Below are positions 56,029 through 64,000 of a DNA stretch of 64,000 bases, in pieces. Position numbers and translations under genes: made by a program. The first letter of the stretch is position 1. Each line of letters opens with the position of its first letter. The notes below the pieces were generated by a model, which was given only the letters and a program-made list of their open reading frames with translations, had not been told where the DNA came from and made no database searches. Origin of the DNA: a phage; sequence record PZ242158.1. The stretch is one strand, 5' to 3'.

Positions 56029-56809
56029 ACCGGGTCTCCAAAATGTATTGTAGTTCTTTCTTGCCTATACTCTTCATTCCAGCAGTCTTACCTGCTTCTT
56101 CTTGAAAAGAAGAATAGCATTCAGCAAACACTCTGTCAACACCGTCAACTAAAGATTTTATGAAATATGTAGATTCTTCAGATTTTGGATCATCATCACC
56201 CAATACTTTTCCAGCGTTATACCCAACACGTCTTACACAGAAGTCGTAGTCATCCGGTGTGCTAAAAGAAAATAACTTATTCTCTCCAATATCTACAGGA
56301 TCCCTATTGCACGCCTTTTTCTCCCAAATTTGGAAAACACATGGCACGTCATAAGGTTTGCCATTAAGTAAAAACGAGTTCTTAGGGCACCTTTCGCTGT
56401 AGACAAGGTGCATAGACATGTCCAGTTTGTTTGAAAAAAATATTTTTTCAAATGTCCGTGGCAAGATGAAGGCTATAGCCCCGCCAAGCTCTAGCAATGA
56501 TGCACAATGGTTAAAGAATTTGCAAGCTAAAGATGAATTCTTACCAAACGGTGGGTTACCTATGAAGACATCTGCCTTGGGGTGCACCTCCAAGAAGTTT
56601 GCCTGAATGCACGGTGTTGGTCCTTCAAATTCAGGATCTGGTACTAAATCGTACGACAGTATCTCTGAAAATAGTTTTGAAAAAGAACCTCTTCCAGCAG
56701 AAGGCTCAACGTATGCACAATTCCCATACTTATCTTTTACTTTACCAACAAGATATTCTGCATACTCAGGGTTTGTGTAATATTTGTCGTTGGACTCTTT
56801 CTTACTCAA
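55991..56809 (-). CDS. N6-adenine DNA methyltransferase (gamma-class)
   Basis: YYTNPEYAEYL (motif X), YVEPSAGRGSF (motif I), FIGNPPFG (motif IV); TTG start after GGAGG. Confidence 0.7.
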   Translation of the reverse strand: MSKKESNDKYYTNPEYAEYLVGKVKDKYGNCAYVEPSAGRGSFSKLFSEILSYDLVPDPEFEGPTPCIQANFLEVHPKADVFIGNPPFGKNSSLACKFFNHCASLLELGGAIAFILPRTFEKIFFSNKLDMSMHLVYSERCPKNSFLLNGKPYDVPCVFQIWEKKACNRDPVDIGENKLFSFSTPDDYDFCVRRVGYNAGKVLGDDDPKSEESTYFIKSLVDGVDRVFAECYSSFQEEAGKTAGMKSIGKKELQYILETRYDQKHRLDQRTY

Positions 56810-56816
56810 AGTGCCT

Positions 56817-56846
56817 CCAAAAGGAAAAGGGAGGCTTGCGCCTCCC
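56817..56846 (-). terminator. rho-independent terminator
   Basis: GGGAGGC-GCAA-GCCTCCC hairpin followed by TTTTCCTTTT on the minus strand. Confidence 0.6.
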
Positions 56847-56854
56847 TATACTTG

Positions 56855-57838
56855 TTAGATTATCTGAATCAGGGTGTTTTTCATCTCTTCTCTGGTACGG
56901 ATGTTGTTACGATCACGAACAACAGATCCACAACCTTCACAGCGGTATGTTTTAAATGCACTCAGCTGAGTATATGCCAAAGCTTCTTCCTCGTGAAGGT
57001 GTTCTCCACCACAGCGTGGGCAACGAACCTTTGGCTCCTCGTCCTGGTAGTACAATGACATGTTTGGGTGCTGCTTAGCAAACGGGCGAGCCAGCAAATA
57101 CAGTCCTTCCAGAGACAGGATATCACCAACATTATACTCCCGCATCTGTTTAAATGCCTCAAGATCACCATGGACACACTTGATCCACATTTCAAATGTG
57201 TGATCAATCAGTTTCTGTCGGGCCAGTTGGAAGTATTTGCATGCATACTCCAAAGTGTTTGCATTCAAACGAAATGCCTTTTTGATCATTTTAAGGGTGT
57301 CAACATCTTTGTAGGGGCTTGTTGGAGGCAACCCGTGAAATGCAAATCGTTGGTTGGCCCACCCGCAGTCAAAACCTGAATTGTGGGCTACTGCGACATC
57401 GCATTTATCCAGATAATACCACAAATCCTGAATCAATTCGAGATCATTGTGAATATCCTCATCCCACATTTTGTAATCTGGAAGAGCGCAATCAACCACA
57501 CTAGGGCTGTCTAACCACTTACCTGCGAAAGTTAGCATATAGGGCATAACTTCAATACCACAGGTTTGAATGTTGGTCTTATAGTGCCCAAAGAACCAGC
57601 CGTTTGTTGGGGATGTCTCTGTATCATACACCCAAACTTTAGCACCTTTGTGCTCTTCAAGGAAGCGCTCCGTTGCCTCTCCTACAATCTCTGACATATT
57701 CTCTTGTGCACGTCTAAGCTGTAGTCGGATCCAGCTCTCACGTGACTCACGGCCTAAAAATTCACGAGCAATTTGTCTATTAGTGTATCCCTGTTGCTTT
57801 AGTGTTAAAATTTGCTCAAGAGTTAACTTTGTCATCAT
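56855..57838 (-). CDS. DEDDh 3'-5' exonuclease with N-terminal helix-turn-helix
   Basis: Exo I VYDTETS, Exo II AHNSGFDCGW, Exo III CVHGDLEAF; N-terminal LTLKQQGYTNRQIAREF HTH; C-terminal CPRCGG...CEGCG zinc ribbon. Confidence 0.7.
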   Translation of the reverse strand: MMTKLTLEQILTLKQQGYTNRQIAREFLGRESRESWIRLQLRRAQENMSEIVGEATERFLEEHKGAKVWVYDTETSPTNGWFFGHYKTNIQTCGIEVMPYMLTFAGKWLDSPSVVDCALPDYKMWDEDIHNDLELIQDLWYYLDKCDVAVAHNSGFDCGWANQRFAFHGLPPTSPYKDVDTLKMIKKAFRLNANTLEYACKYFQLARQKLIDHTFEMWIKCVHGDLEAFKQMREYNVGDILSLEGLYLLARPFAKQHPNMSLYYQDEEPKVRCPRCGGEHLHEEEALAYTQLSAFKTYRCEGCGSVVRDRNNIRTREEMKNTLIQII

Positions 57839-57850
57839 CGTTAAGATTCC

Positions 57851-58072
57851 TTAGTAAAACTGAAGAATGTCTTTTAAAGCGAAGTCACGATATTCGCCCT
57901 TGTCTACATCGAAGGCACGCATCAACCACTGCTCTTCTTTATGATACTCTGTAGAGCCAAACCATAAATTAGGCTCAGTAACGCAGCGATCTGCAACAAC
58001 ACCTTTCCAGTTACGGTATTTCATCCTGATCAGGACTGAGTCGCAAGGATTGAATACCTTTTTCATCCCCAT
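57851..58072 (-). CDS. hypothetical protein
   Basis: Short ORF. Confidence 0.4.
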   Translation of the reverse strand: MGMKKVFNPCDSVLIRMKYRNWKGVVADRCVTEPNLWFGSTEYHKEEQWLMRAFDVDKGEYRDFALKDILQFY

Positions 58073-58616
58073 AGAAATCTCTCTCCTCAGTTTTCTTTAT
58101 AAACTCTTGCATGTAGAACTCAATAGCCTCATGCTTGGTGCACTCCGGATCAATGACAAGATTGAGATCTGATTCTGCTCGTGCAATAATCGTAGCTTTA
58201 GAGCATCTCCTCAAGAACTTTGTCATATCATCTCTGTAGTTTTTGTGGAGCGGGAAGTCGCTGTAGTCTTTCTCCAAATAGTCAGCCATCCGGCGCAACG
58301 CCTCTGATAAACTGCAATCTGTATACTCGTTACAGTATTTCATCCAGTATTTAAGCACATACCCCTCAAAGGTATTAGTGCATTGAGACAAAACACCCCT
58401 GCAACGACCAGTCAGATGATCATGATCTAAACAAGGCTTACGAAGTGGCTCGCACAAGATCGGATCAAGACCATCCTGCTCCTCTGACAATTCTTTTCGA
58501 AAGTTGGCTATGTCCTTAGAATCTTTTAACCACCCGTTATGAACTGGGGCTTTGACAGCTTTCTTTCTTATTTTACGCTTTGCGATAATCCCTCCAGATG
58601 AGCCCTGCCTATCCAA
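58011..58616 (-). CDS. endonuclease VII-like Holliday junction resolvase
   Basis: C..C...DHDH...G.CRGVL..C motif as in T4 endonuclease VII; start uncertain. Confidence 0.75.
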   Translation of the reverse strand: MDRQGSSGGIIAKRKIRKKAVKAPVHNGWLKDSKDIANFRKELSEEQDGLDPILCEPLRKPCLDHDHLTGRCRGVLSQCTNTFEGYVLKYWMKYCNEYTDCSLSEALRRMADYLEKDYSDFPLHKNYRDDMTKFLRRCSKATIIARAESDLNLVIDPECTKHEAIEFYMQEFIKKTEERDFYGDEKGIQSLRLSPDQDEIP

Positions 58617-59197
58617 TAAGCATCTGCGAGATCGGCCTTACCTTGTACCAAATTGATCCCGTCTAGGAACCCAGGTTCAGATACTTCGCAGGCCTTAACC
58701 ATCAACTTTTTATCCATTGTAACAGGTTTCTTCACAGTATGCTCTTTACCTGTCTTTTTGTCAAGCTTTTTCTTCTCCTCAAAAGCAAGTTCTTCAGGAA
58801 GATGACTACGAGCAAACTTTTTGGCAGTTGTTGGTGTCACTGTGTGGACCTTAAACAGGCCGTCATTTTCACAATCAGCTAAGGCATCCCAAAGCATAAT
58901 TTCAAGACCGTAAAACAACCCAGCCAGTTCACGTGTGGCATCCCCGCGTGATCCAAAGGAAAGCCCTTCCATAACCACGGTGTCAACGTGATGCGTGTGG
59001 ATATAATATCTGACCTGTTTGCAGATCCAGTCAATACGCTCAGCAGCTGTTGCAAAAGAAACCGTCCCTGGTTTCTTCTCTTTTGCAGATGAGCTTTGAG
59101 TTCGTAACACAACCTTATGAACAGGCTTTCCATCGTCCCATACAACGCAAGCTGTGTGTGTCAACGACTGGTCTATGGATAATAGACGCTCTCTCAT
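58568..59197 (-). CDS. RuvC-like resolvase
   Basis: LLSIDQSLTHTACVV N-terminal RNase H-fold motif, VVMEGLSF, C-terminal ADLADAYWIGRAHL. Confidence 0.6.
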   Translation of the reverse strand: MRERLLSIDQSLTHTACVVWDDGKPVHKVVLRTQSSSAKEKKPGTVSFATAAERIDWICKQVRYYIHTHHVDTVVMEGLSFGSRGDATRELAGLFYGLEIMLWDALADCENDGLFKVHTVTPTTAKKFARSHLPEELAFEEKKKLDKKTGKEHTVKKPVTMDKKLMVKACEVSEPGFLDGINLVQGKADLADAYWIGRAHLEGLSQSVK

Positions 59198-59529
59198 GCT
59201 TCCTCATCCTCCTCTCCTTCATCAGGAGCATAAGCCTTATCTTTGAACAAGACGAGAGAGCAAAGCTTAACATCTGTTTCCACACTGGTGAACATGCATA
59301 ACCGCTCGCCCTCAATCAGCTCACAATCCTCTTTTAAAACAGCAGACCATACACGGTCATCTGCGTAATCATCCGTGTACAGGATGTATGAAATGGTGTC
59401 ATCTTCATACAACCGCCACATACCTGTGGCAACAATAAATGTATTTTTTGTTTTAATGGCCCCTGTTGTATGATCATCCTCAAAAACAGCTTCCATGATT
59501 GCATTATCTACAGAATTTTTAGTCATCAA
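59194..59529 (-). CDS. hypothetical protein
   Basis: Coupled ORF. Confidence 0.45.
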   Translation of the reverse strand: MMTKNSVDNAIMEAVFEDDHTTGAIKTKNTFIVATGMWRLYEDDTISYILYTDDYADDRVWSAVLKEDCELIEGERLCMFTSVETDVKLCSLVLFKDKAYAPDEGEEDEEA

Positions 59530-60665
59530 ATTGCTCCAACATTTCTAAGAACGTTAACAAGTTTTGTTTGATCATTGAATGTTCGCTTCATATACAAACA
59601 GTCAAAAATTATACTCATCCATTGACCTACGGAAATTCTACGATCAACACCATTGAAGTCAGTATACTTAACAACACCTTTCGGGAACCACTTCTTGTAC
59701 TGATCAATAATAGCCACCCACATCTCCTTTGGAGTGCTGCACTGAGACAGTAGGTAGAATGCTGAGGCATCCCCGAACTTACCCTTACCGATAAGTCCTT
59801 GATACGGCTTGATATTGTCAGCAGAGTCACCACACAGCATTTGGTATCCGAAGAACAGCATTCCGTAACCACCAACCTCTCCATTAGGCTTCATGAAGAT
59901 GTTCCCCATACCGTTATCGATCAGCATAGGGGTTTCCCTTACAAAATCTCCCTTATCGTTTCGCATGGGATCGAACACAAGCCCCGGTAGTGTTCTTTGG
60001 TCCTTATCAATAGAGATAATAAACTTGTTGAACTTACCTGTTTTTTGGTAGTGGTTCCAACCTTCAAATTGCTGAATAGCTAACCAGTCGTCAGCCTCGA
60101 TACCGTTGATCACTTGAGCATTATACTGCTTTTGGAGATACTGTCTTGCATCTCCAAGCAGCAGTGGTCGAAGAGTATTGTTACGGTTGGCCTTGTATCT
60201 TTCCGGCATTGGAAGATCTAGTCTGAAGTTACCTGTGCCTCCCAACACCCCGACACATCGCTCTTCCGGAATACCCAGATAGTTAAGAACTGCATTAGCT
60301 TTACACTTAATTGTGTGTAAGCAGTTCTCTACAGGATCAGGGGTTTGGATATCCAAGACATCGAAATCTTCGCGTGTCCACGGAATAAACTCCTTTCCAG
60401 CCTTTTTACATGCGGCTTCACGGTTGGTATTCTCAGCTTTTAACCAACCACCAACGGTGTTCTTCTGCCTCCCCCAGAACTCTGTTCGTGTTTTAAACAT
60501 CTTCTTGCGTCCGGAGGCTTTGTGTGTTACCTCAATTGTCCTTTTTTCACAACTTGCCGCAGCTTGATATGCAACCTGGTCGAAGTCATAATAAACTATA
60601 GCGTCAGGTTCGAGAAGATCAGCAAGACAATCTACAGATTCAATAAGTGGATATTCTCTACTCAA
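59526..60665 (-). CDS. 5'-3' exonuclease / flap endonuclease (T4 RNase H-like)
   Basis: GIEADDWLAIQQ and CGDSADNIKP FEN-family motifs; N-terminal YYDFDQVAY. Confidence 0.75.
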   Translation of the reverse strand: MSREYPLIESVDCLADLLEPDAIVYYDFDQVAYQAAASCEKRTIEVTHKASGRKKMFKTRTEFWGRQKNTVGGWLKAENTNREAACKKAGKEFIPWTREDFDVLDIQTPDPVENCLHTIKCKANAVLNYLGIPEERCVGVLGGTGNFRLDLPMPERYKANRNNTLRPLLLGDARQYLQKQYNAQVINGIEADDWLAIQQFEGWNHYQKTGKFNKFIISIDKDQRTLPGLVFDPMRNDKGDFVRETPMLIDNGMGNIFMKPNGEVGGYGMLFFGYQMLCGDSADNIKPYQGLIGKGKFGDASAFYLLSQCSTPKEMWVAIIDQYKKWFPKGVVKYTDFNGVDRRISVGQWMSIIFDCLYMKRTFNDQTKLVNVLRNVGAI

Positions 60666-60966
60666 AGTCCCTCCTGTTAGTTACTCTGCAAGATGGTTGG
60701 ATGCTGTAATGAAATGCATCATCACTTTCTGCAATAAGTGACTCAACATCCCAATACTTTTCAAAAAGGAACGGATTAGACCCCCAGTGGTGGGTTATTT
60801 TCATCAAGGAGTCTGGTATCAGATAGCCACAGATCTTAATTACATCGCCAGGTTGAATTGTGTTTTCATGAAGGTTGCTTGCCTTCTTCAGAATCATACC
60901 TTTGTGATTCTCATTTGCATACAACTGGACGATATCTTTATCTTCAACAATAAAAATTTTAAGCAT
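60658..60966 (-). CDS. hypothetical protein
   Basis: ORF; no domain. Confidence 0.45.
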   Translation of the reverse strand: MLKIFIVEDKDIVQLYANENHKGMILKKASNLHENTIQPGDVIKICGYLIPDSLMKITHHWGSNPFLFEKYWDVESLIAESDDAFHYSIQPSCRVTNRRDFE

Positions 60967-61025
60967 ACCTAGTTCTCCTAGTTAATAAATAGTTAACTGA
61001 TAATATCAGATCAGAGACTCATTTG

Positions 61026-61319
61026 TCAAGACTTTTTAGTCTTTCTTGGAGAGCTTTTTGTTGATCTTTTTCTTTTGTGGTAAATTCCAAGTGCAGCATT
61101 TTCTTGGGCACACGTTTTAACGGTTTTTAGATCAGAGCTTTCAGCTTTAGGTAGATTAAGCTCCCACCAACCCAACCAGTAAAGCTCTGATTCCGACAGC
61201 TGCTCAGATTCAGACTTCCGATACAAGGCTTGCATACCTCTGATGATATCGTCCAGAGGTGTATCGAATACAAAAGCTGTCTTATCAAATTTCTCTTTTG
61301 CAGGTTTCTTAGCCATCAA
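61026..61319 (-). CDS. hypothetical protein
   Basis: Basic C-terminus; no domain. Confidence 0.45.
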   Translation of the reverse strand: MMAKKPAKEKFDKTAFVFDTPLDDIIRGMQALYRKSESEQLSESELYWLGWWELNLPKAESSDLKTVKTCAQENAALGIYHKRKRSTKSSPRKTKKS

Positions 61320-61773
61320 GGTAACCCTCTATCCACGAAAAGTCAGTCTTCCATTCTGGAACTTTACTAAGCTCACGCCACTCTGCAAAGCAGTCTCGGT
61401 AATAGGCCTCTGCCATACCCTTGGTGATCTTATTCACCTTAGCCAACTGATTAACTGCCTGAGCATACTTTCCACGGATATTTGCTAACCCAGGATGCAC
61501 AGATGTGTGACAATCTGGGCACAACGCTATCAGTCCGACAAGCCGGATCACTCCCTCTTCGAAAGTGTAAAGTTCATGACACTCCACTGGATGTTTGCTG
61601 CCTTTACCTCCGCACACCTCACAAGTGTAGTTGGCTTCTCTGTAACACTTCTTACGGATCTTATCCCACTCACTCTTCTTCACAGCGTTTCGGAGGTTAT
61701 TATACCAAGCTGTTTCTGGGATCAGTTGCACAATAAGCCTGCGTTCAGACTTCATTAAACGTCCGTCTTCCAC
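61309..61773 (-). CDS. HNH-type zinc-binding endonuclease
   Basis: CEVCGG...HPVECHEL...CPDCH pattern. Confidence 0.55.
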   Translation of the reverse strand: MEDGRLMKSERRLIVQLIPETAWYNNLRNAVKKSEWDKIRKKCYREANYTCEVCGGKGSKHPVECHELYTFEEGVIRLVGLIALCPDCHTSVHPGLANIRGKYAQAVNQLAKVNKITKGMAEAYYRDCFAEWRELSKVPEWKTDFSWIEGYLDG

Positions 61774-61782
61774 GTATCCTCC

Positions 61783-61989
61783 TCATTCAAAGAAATGGGT
61801 GCGAGGGCAGGAACCTGCCTCACCTTGTTTCACAAGCTCGTAGAGCTCACCTTGGCTTGTCTCATAAAGGCAAATACGTTTACCATTGTCCCGATATACA
61901 TCGACAAGATACGCTGTTTCACCTGCAAACACGACACCACAGGACAGACATGCTGCCATGAACAAAATTGCCAACAGAAAATCTTTCAT
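61783..61989 (-). CDS. small secreted protein
   Basis: Signal-peptide-like MKDFLLAILFMAACLSCGVVFA. Confidence 0.45.
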   Translation of the reverse strand: MKDFLLAILFMAACLSCGVVFAGETAYLVDVYRDNGKRICLYETSQGELYELVKQGEAGSCPRTHFFE

Positions 61990-62052
61990 GGTTAAACCCT
62001 CCTAAACATTTTATGAGGTAACAATACCACGTCCGTGTGGTTATGTCAATGA

Positions 62053-62814
62053 TCAATCCTCAACACAAGGTCTTGGATAGCCTCTGGATAACTTCCACTC
62101 AGTTAGTGACATCCCTCCGTAGAGACAGTTTACTTCCCAAGACTTTCTTGCACAAACTGCCTCCCACCACGGATTTAGCCACTTCCTGTCGTTGAAGCAT
62201 CTTAAGTTTCTTCCTTTGTTATCTCGTGCCCTCCAACAGGTATCTTTCTTAGACCAATCAATACCTGGCAGGATATTATTCTTGTGCGGGTTTGGAACTA
62301 TCTTTAAAGCCTCTTCCGGGTTGGCTATTGACCATTCAACCCTAGACTTAGCCTCTTCGAAAGTGTCAAAATCTCCCAACCTAACATTTACCCTATTTAT
62401 CCTTCTACTTGCCCTCCACTTACCCTCTCTTTTCAGCCATACCACACCAGTCACTGTAGAGGTGTTATTGCTTTGCACATTTTCCAAGGCTCTCTTACAG
62501 TAGTTATCCCAAGGCTTCAACATTTGAAGGTTTTCTATCTTGTCTACAGGCACTCCGTTAGTAGAATTTTTCTTAGAGACGATATGATCGATATGCCAAG
62601 TATCTGTGACACATCCGTAAAACATGTCAAAAATTTCCCTATGTCTGCCACGTTTAACATTTGTCAGCTTATTGTACACTTGGAAATATCCAGTCTTTTT
62701 GTTGTAGTGTCCAGCCCTATTTCCATTCCTACTGTAGCCAGGTTTCCAAAAGATTAGATCACCATCCTTGTACCAATAAGGATAGTGATCATTAAAAAAG
62801 AAATGTATCTTCAT
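62053..62814 (-). CDS. HNH homing endonuclease with AP2-type DNA-binding domain
   Basis: WHIDHIVSKKNSTNG...NLQML HNH core; AP2-like GVVWLKREGKWRASRRINRVNVRLGDFDTFEEA. Confidence 0.75.
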   Translation of the reverse strand: MKIHFFFNDHYPYWYKDGDLIFWKPGYSRNGNRAGHYNKKTGYFQVYNKLTNVKRGRHREIFDMFYGCVTDTWHIDHIVSKKNSTNGVPVDKIENLQMLKPWDNYCKRALENVQSNNTSTVTGVVWLKREGKWRASRRINRVNVRLGDFDTFEEAKSRVEWSIANPEEALKIVPNPHKNNILPGIDWSKKDTCWRARDNKGRNLRCFNDRKWLNPWWEAVCARKSWEVNCLYGGMSLTEWKLSRGYPRPCVED

Positions 62815-62868
62815 ATCTCAACACACCTCTGGTGTAGAAAGGTAGGCGAGTGGCCTACCTTTTGATCA

Positions 62869-63366
62869 TTAATCCAGAACAACACCTCCAAACTCTACAA
62901 ATTTCTTAAGCAACTTGTCAATGGTTTTTGGATTTTGGTCGTACTGGTTGTATGGGAACGAAGCCCAAATATTTGAGGTCTTACGTATAGCAGATTTAAT
63001 ATGACCGTTATCTATGTCTTCAAGTGCTTTACGTTCCCTGATCAACTGGATTGCCCACTTATCCTGGCTATCTGGTCCAAAATCCGGCAACTTAAGCTGT
63101 TTTTTGTAGTGTTCCCAGTATTTGACAAGAAATTGATATTTACCGCAGGCTGTAGTTCTTTGCCCTTTTGAGTTAAACACTTTACCAGGGCGACCGTTTG
63201 CAAAAGGGTGCGTAGAAAAATCTGTAAAGATTTCAGGTTTTCCGTCCATCCCGTATGCTACAACATCGTATCCTCCACATTTGGTGGCAGGGTGGGTTGT
63301 TGTTCCCTCTGCCCAGCCAATAAGATCCAAGAAAGCTTTTCGTTGAACATTTTTATCAAGTTTCAT
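62869..63366 (-). CDS. endolysin (lambda R-like lytic transglycosylase)
   Basis: QRKAFLDLIGWAEGT...GYDV...FTD...HP...YQFL..YW..YKKQL aligns along its length with lambda R. Confidence 0.85.
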   Translation of the reverse strand: MKLDKNVQRKAFLDLIGWAEGTTTHPATKCGGYDVVAYGMDGKPEIFTDFSTHPFANGRPGKVFNSKGQRTTACGKYQFLVKYWEHYKKQLKLPDFGPDSQDKWAIQLIRERKALEDIDNGHIKSAIRKTSNIWASFPYNQYDQNPKTIDKLLKKFVEFGGVVLD

Positions 63367-63493
63367 TTTTCATACTCTCCAGTTTACTCATAACTAACCA
63401 GATCAACAACACTACACAGTGTGGTTGTTATGTAGGTACCAATTGAAAAACCATCATTCGATTGGCTACCGTTACCTACTAAACCTTCCTACA

Positions 63494-64000
63494 TCATTCC
63501 AGAACCTCCCAAGTGTCTGGGTCAACATTTCGGACGCAGATACCGACAGGGAATTGGTAGTTGTTGTCTTCTGTCCTTGATTGATATTTGAAGGTGACAA
63601 ACTTGCCGATCATTTCCTGCATCCTGTCATAGCTACGCTCCTCGTGCGTGCCTTTCATCTTCATTTTAACAATAACACCTTCCTTGTCAACACAGATAAG
63701 AACACCTTCATCATTCTTATCTTTCTCAACGTCAATAACTTTCACCTCTGCGTCGTTGAACTTTTTCCATTTCAATGCTTCAGATGTTCGCTGACCGTAC
63801 TCGTATTTACCGCAGAAATTACGCATGATAGTACCTTCATATCCTTCGGACATGAATATACCAACAGATTCTTCGCAATGATCAACTGTGTACGCAAGCT
63901 CTGCGTCAACAACCTTGATATGGTCAAGCATCAGAGTGGTAACGGTATCCTCTGCATCCATAAGATCCTTGCAGCGTCCAGACTCTGTTTCTGGATCCCA
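63494..64000 (-). CDS. ATP-dependent DNA ligase, C-terminal part (5' end beyond window)
   Basis: EGYEGTIMRNF...GQRTSEALKWKKF resembles ligase motifs IV-V; frame open to the window end. Confidence 0.65.
   Translation of the reverse strand, partial: WDPETESGRCKDLMDAEDTVTTLMLDHIKVVDAELAYTVDHCEESVGIFMSEGYEGTIMRNFCGKYEYGQRTSEALKWKKFNDAEVKVIDVEKDKNDEGVLICVDKEGVIVKMKMKGTHEERSYDRMQEMIGKFVTFKYQSRTEDNNYQFPVGICVRNVDPDTWEVLE

Overview
This window looks like part of a large lytic phage genome (roughly 40-45% GC by eye, enterobacterial-style sigma70 promoters and AGGAG-type RBSs). It has three parts. (1) 1-26.2 kb, + strand: a replication/early block with a partial C5-methyltransferase-like gene, a T7 gp4-like primase-helicase, a family A DNA polymerase interrupted inside motif C by a group I intron that carries an HNH homing endonuclease, then about 50 small early genes including a TARG1/DarG-like macrodomain and a putative SSB. 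Two repeat-rich non-coding islands and a perfectly conserved 44-bp intergenic element (x3) sit in this block. (2) 26.2-29.3 kb: a ~3 kb non-coding divergence region, AT-rich with iteron-like inverted motifs, an exact ~430-bp tandem direct repeat and clustered CTCTTCAGG boxes; candidate origin or control region. (3) 29.3-64 kb, - strand: an array of about 35 small acidic proteins in paralogous families with an embedded ribosome hibernation factor (HPF) homolog, then a ClpP-like protease, PhoH, NrdG, a homing-endonuclease-like gene, NrdD split by an ORF-less group I intron, glutaredoxin, NrdB, NrdA, ThyX, nucleotide-metabolism enzymes, two N6-adenine methyltransferases, a DEDDh exonuclease, endonuclease VII and a RuvC-like resolvase, a flap endonuclease, further HNH endonucleases, a lambda R-like endolysin and the 3' part of an ATP-dependent DNA ligase. 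All calls come from reading the sequence and ORF translations; no database search was run, and hand-derived coordinates (introns, micro-ORFs, promoters, terminators, repeats) are approximate to a few bp.
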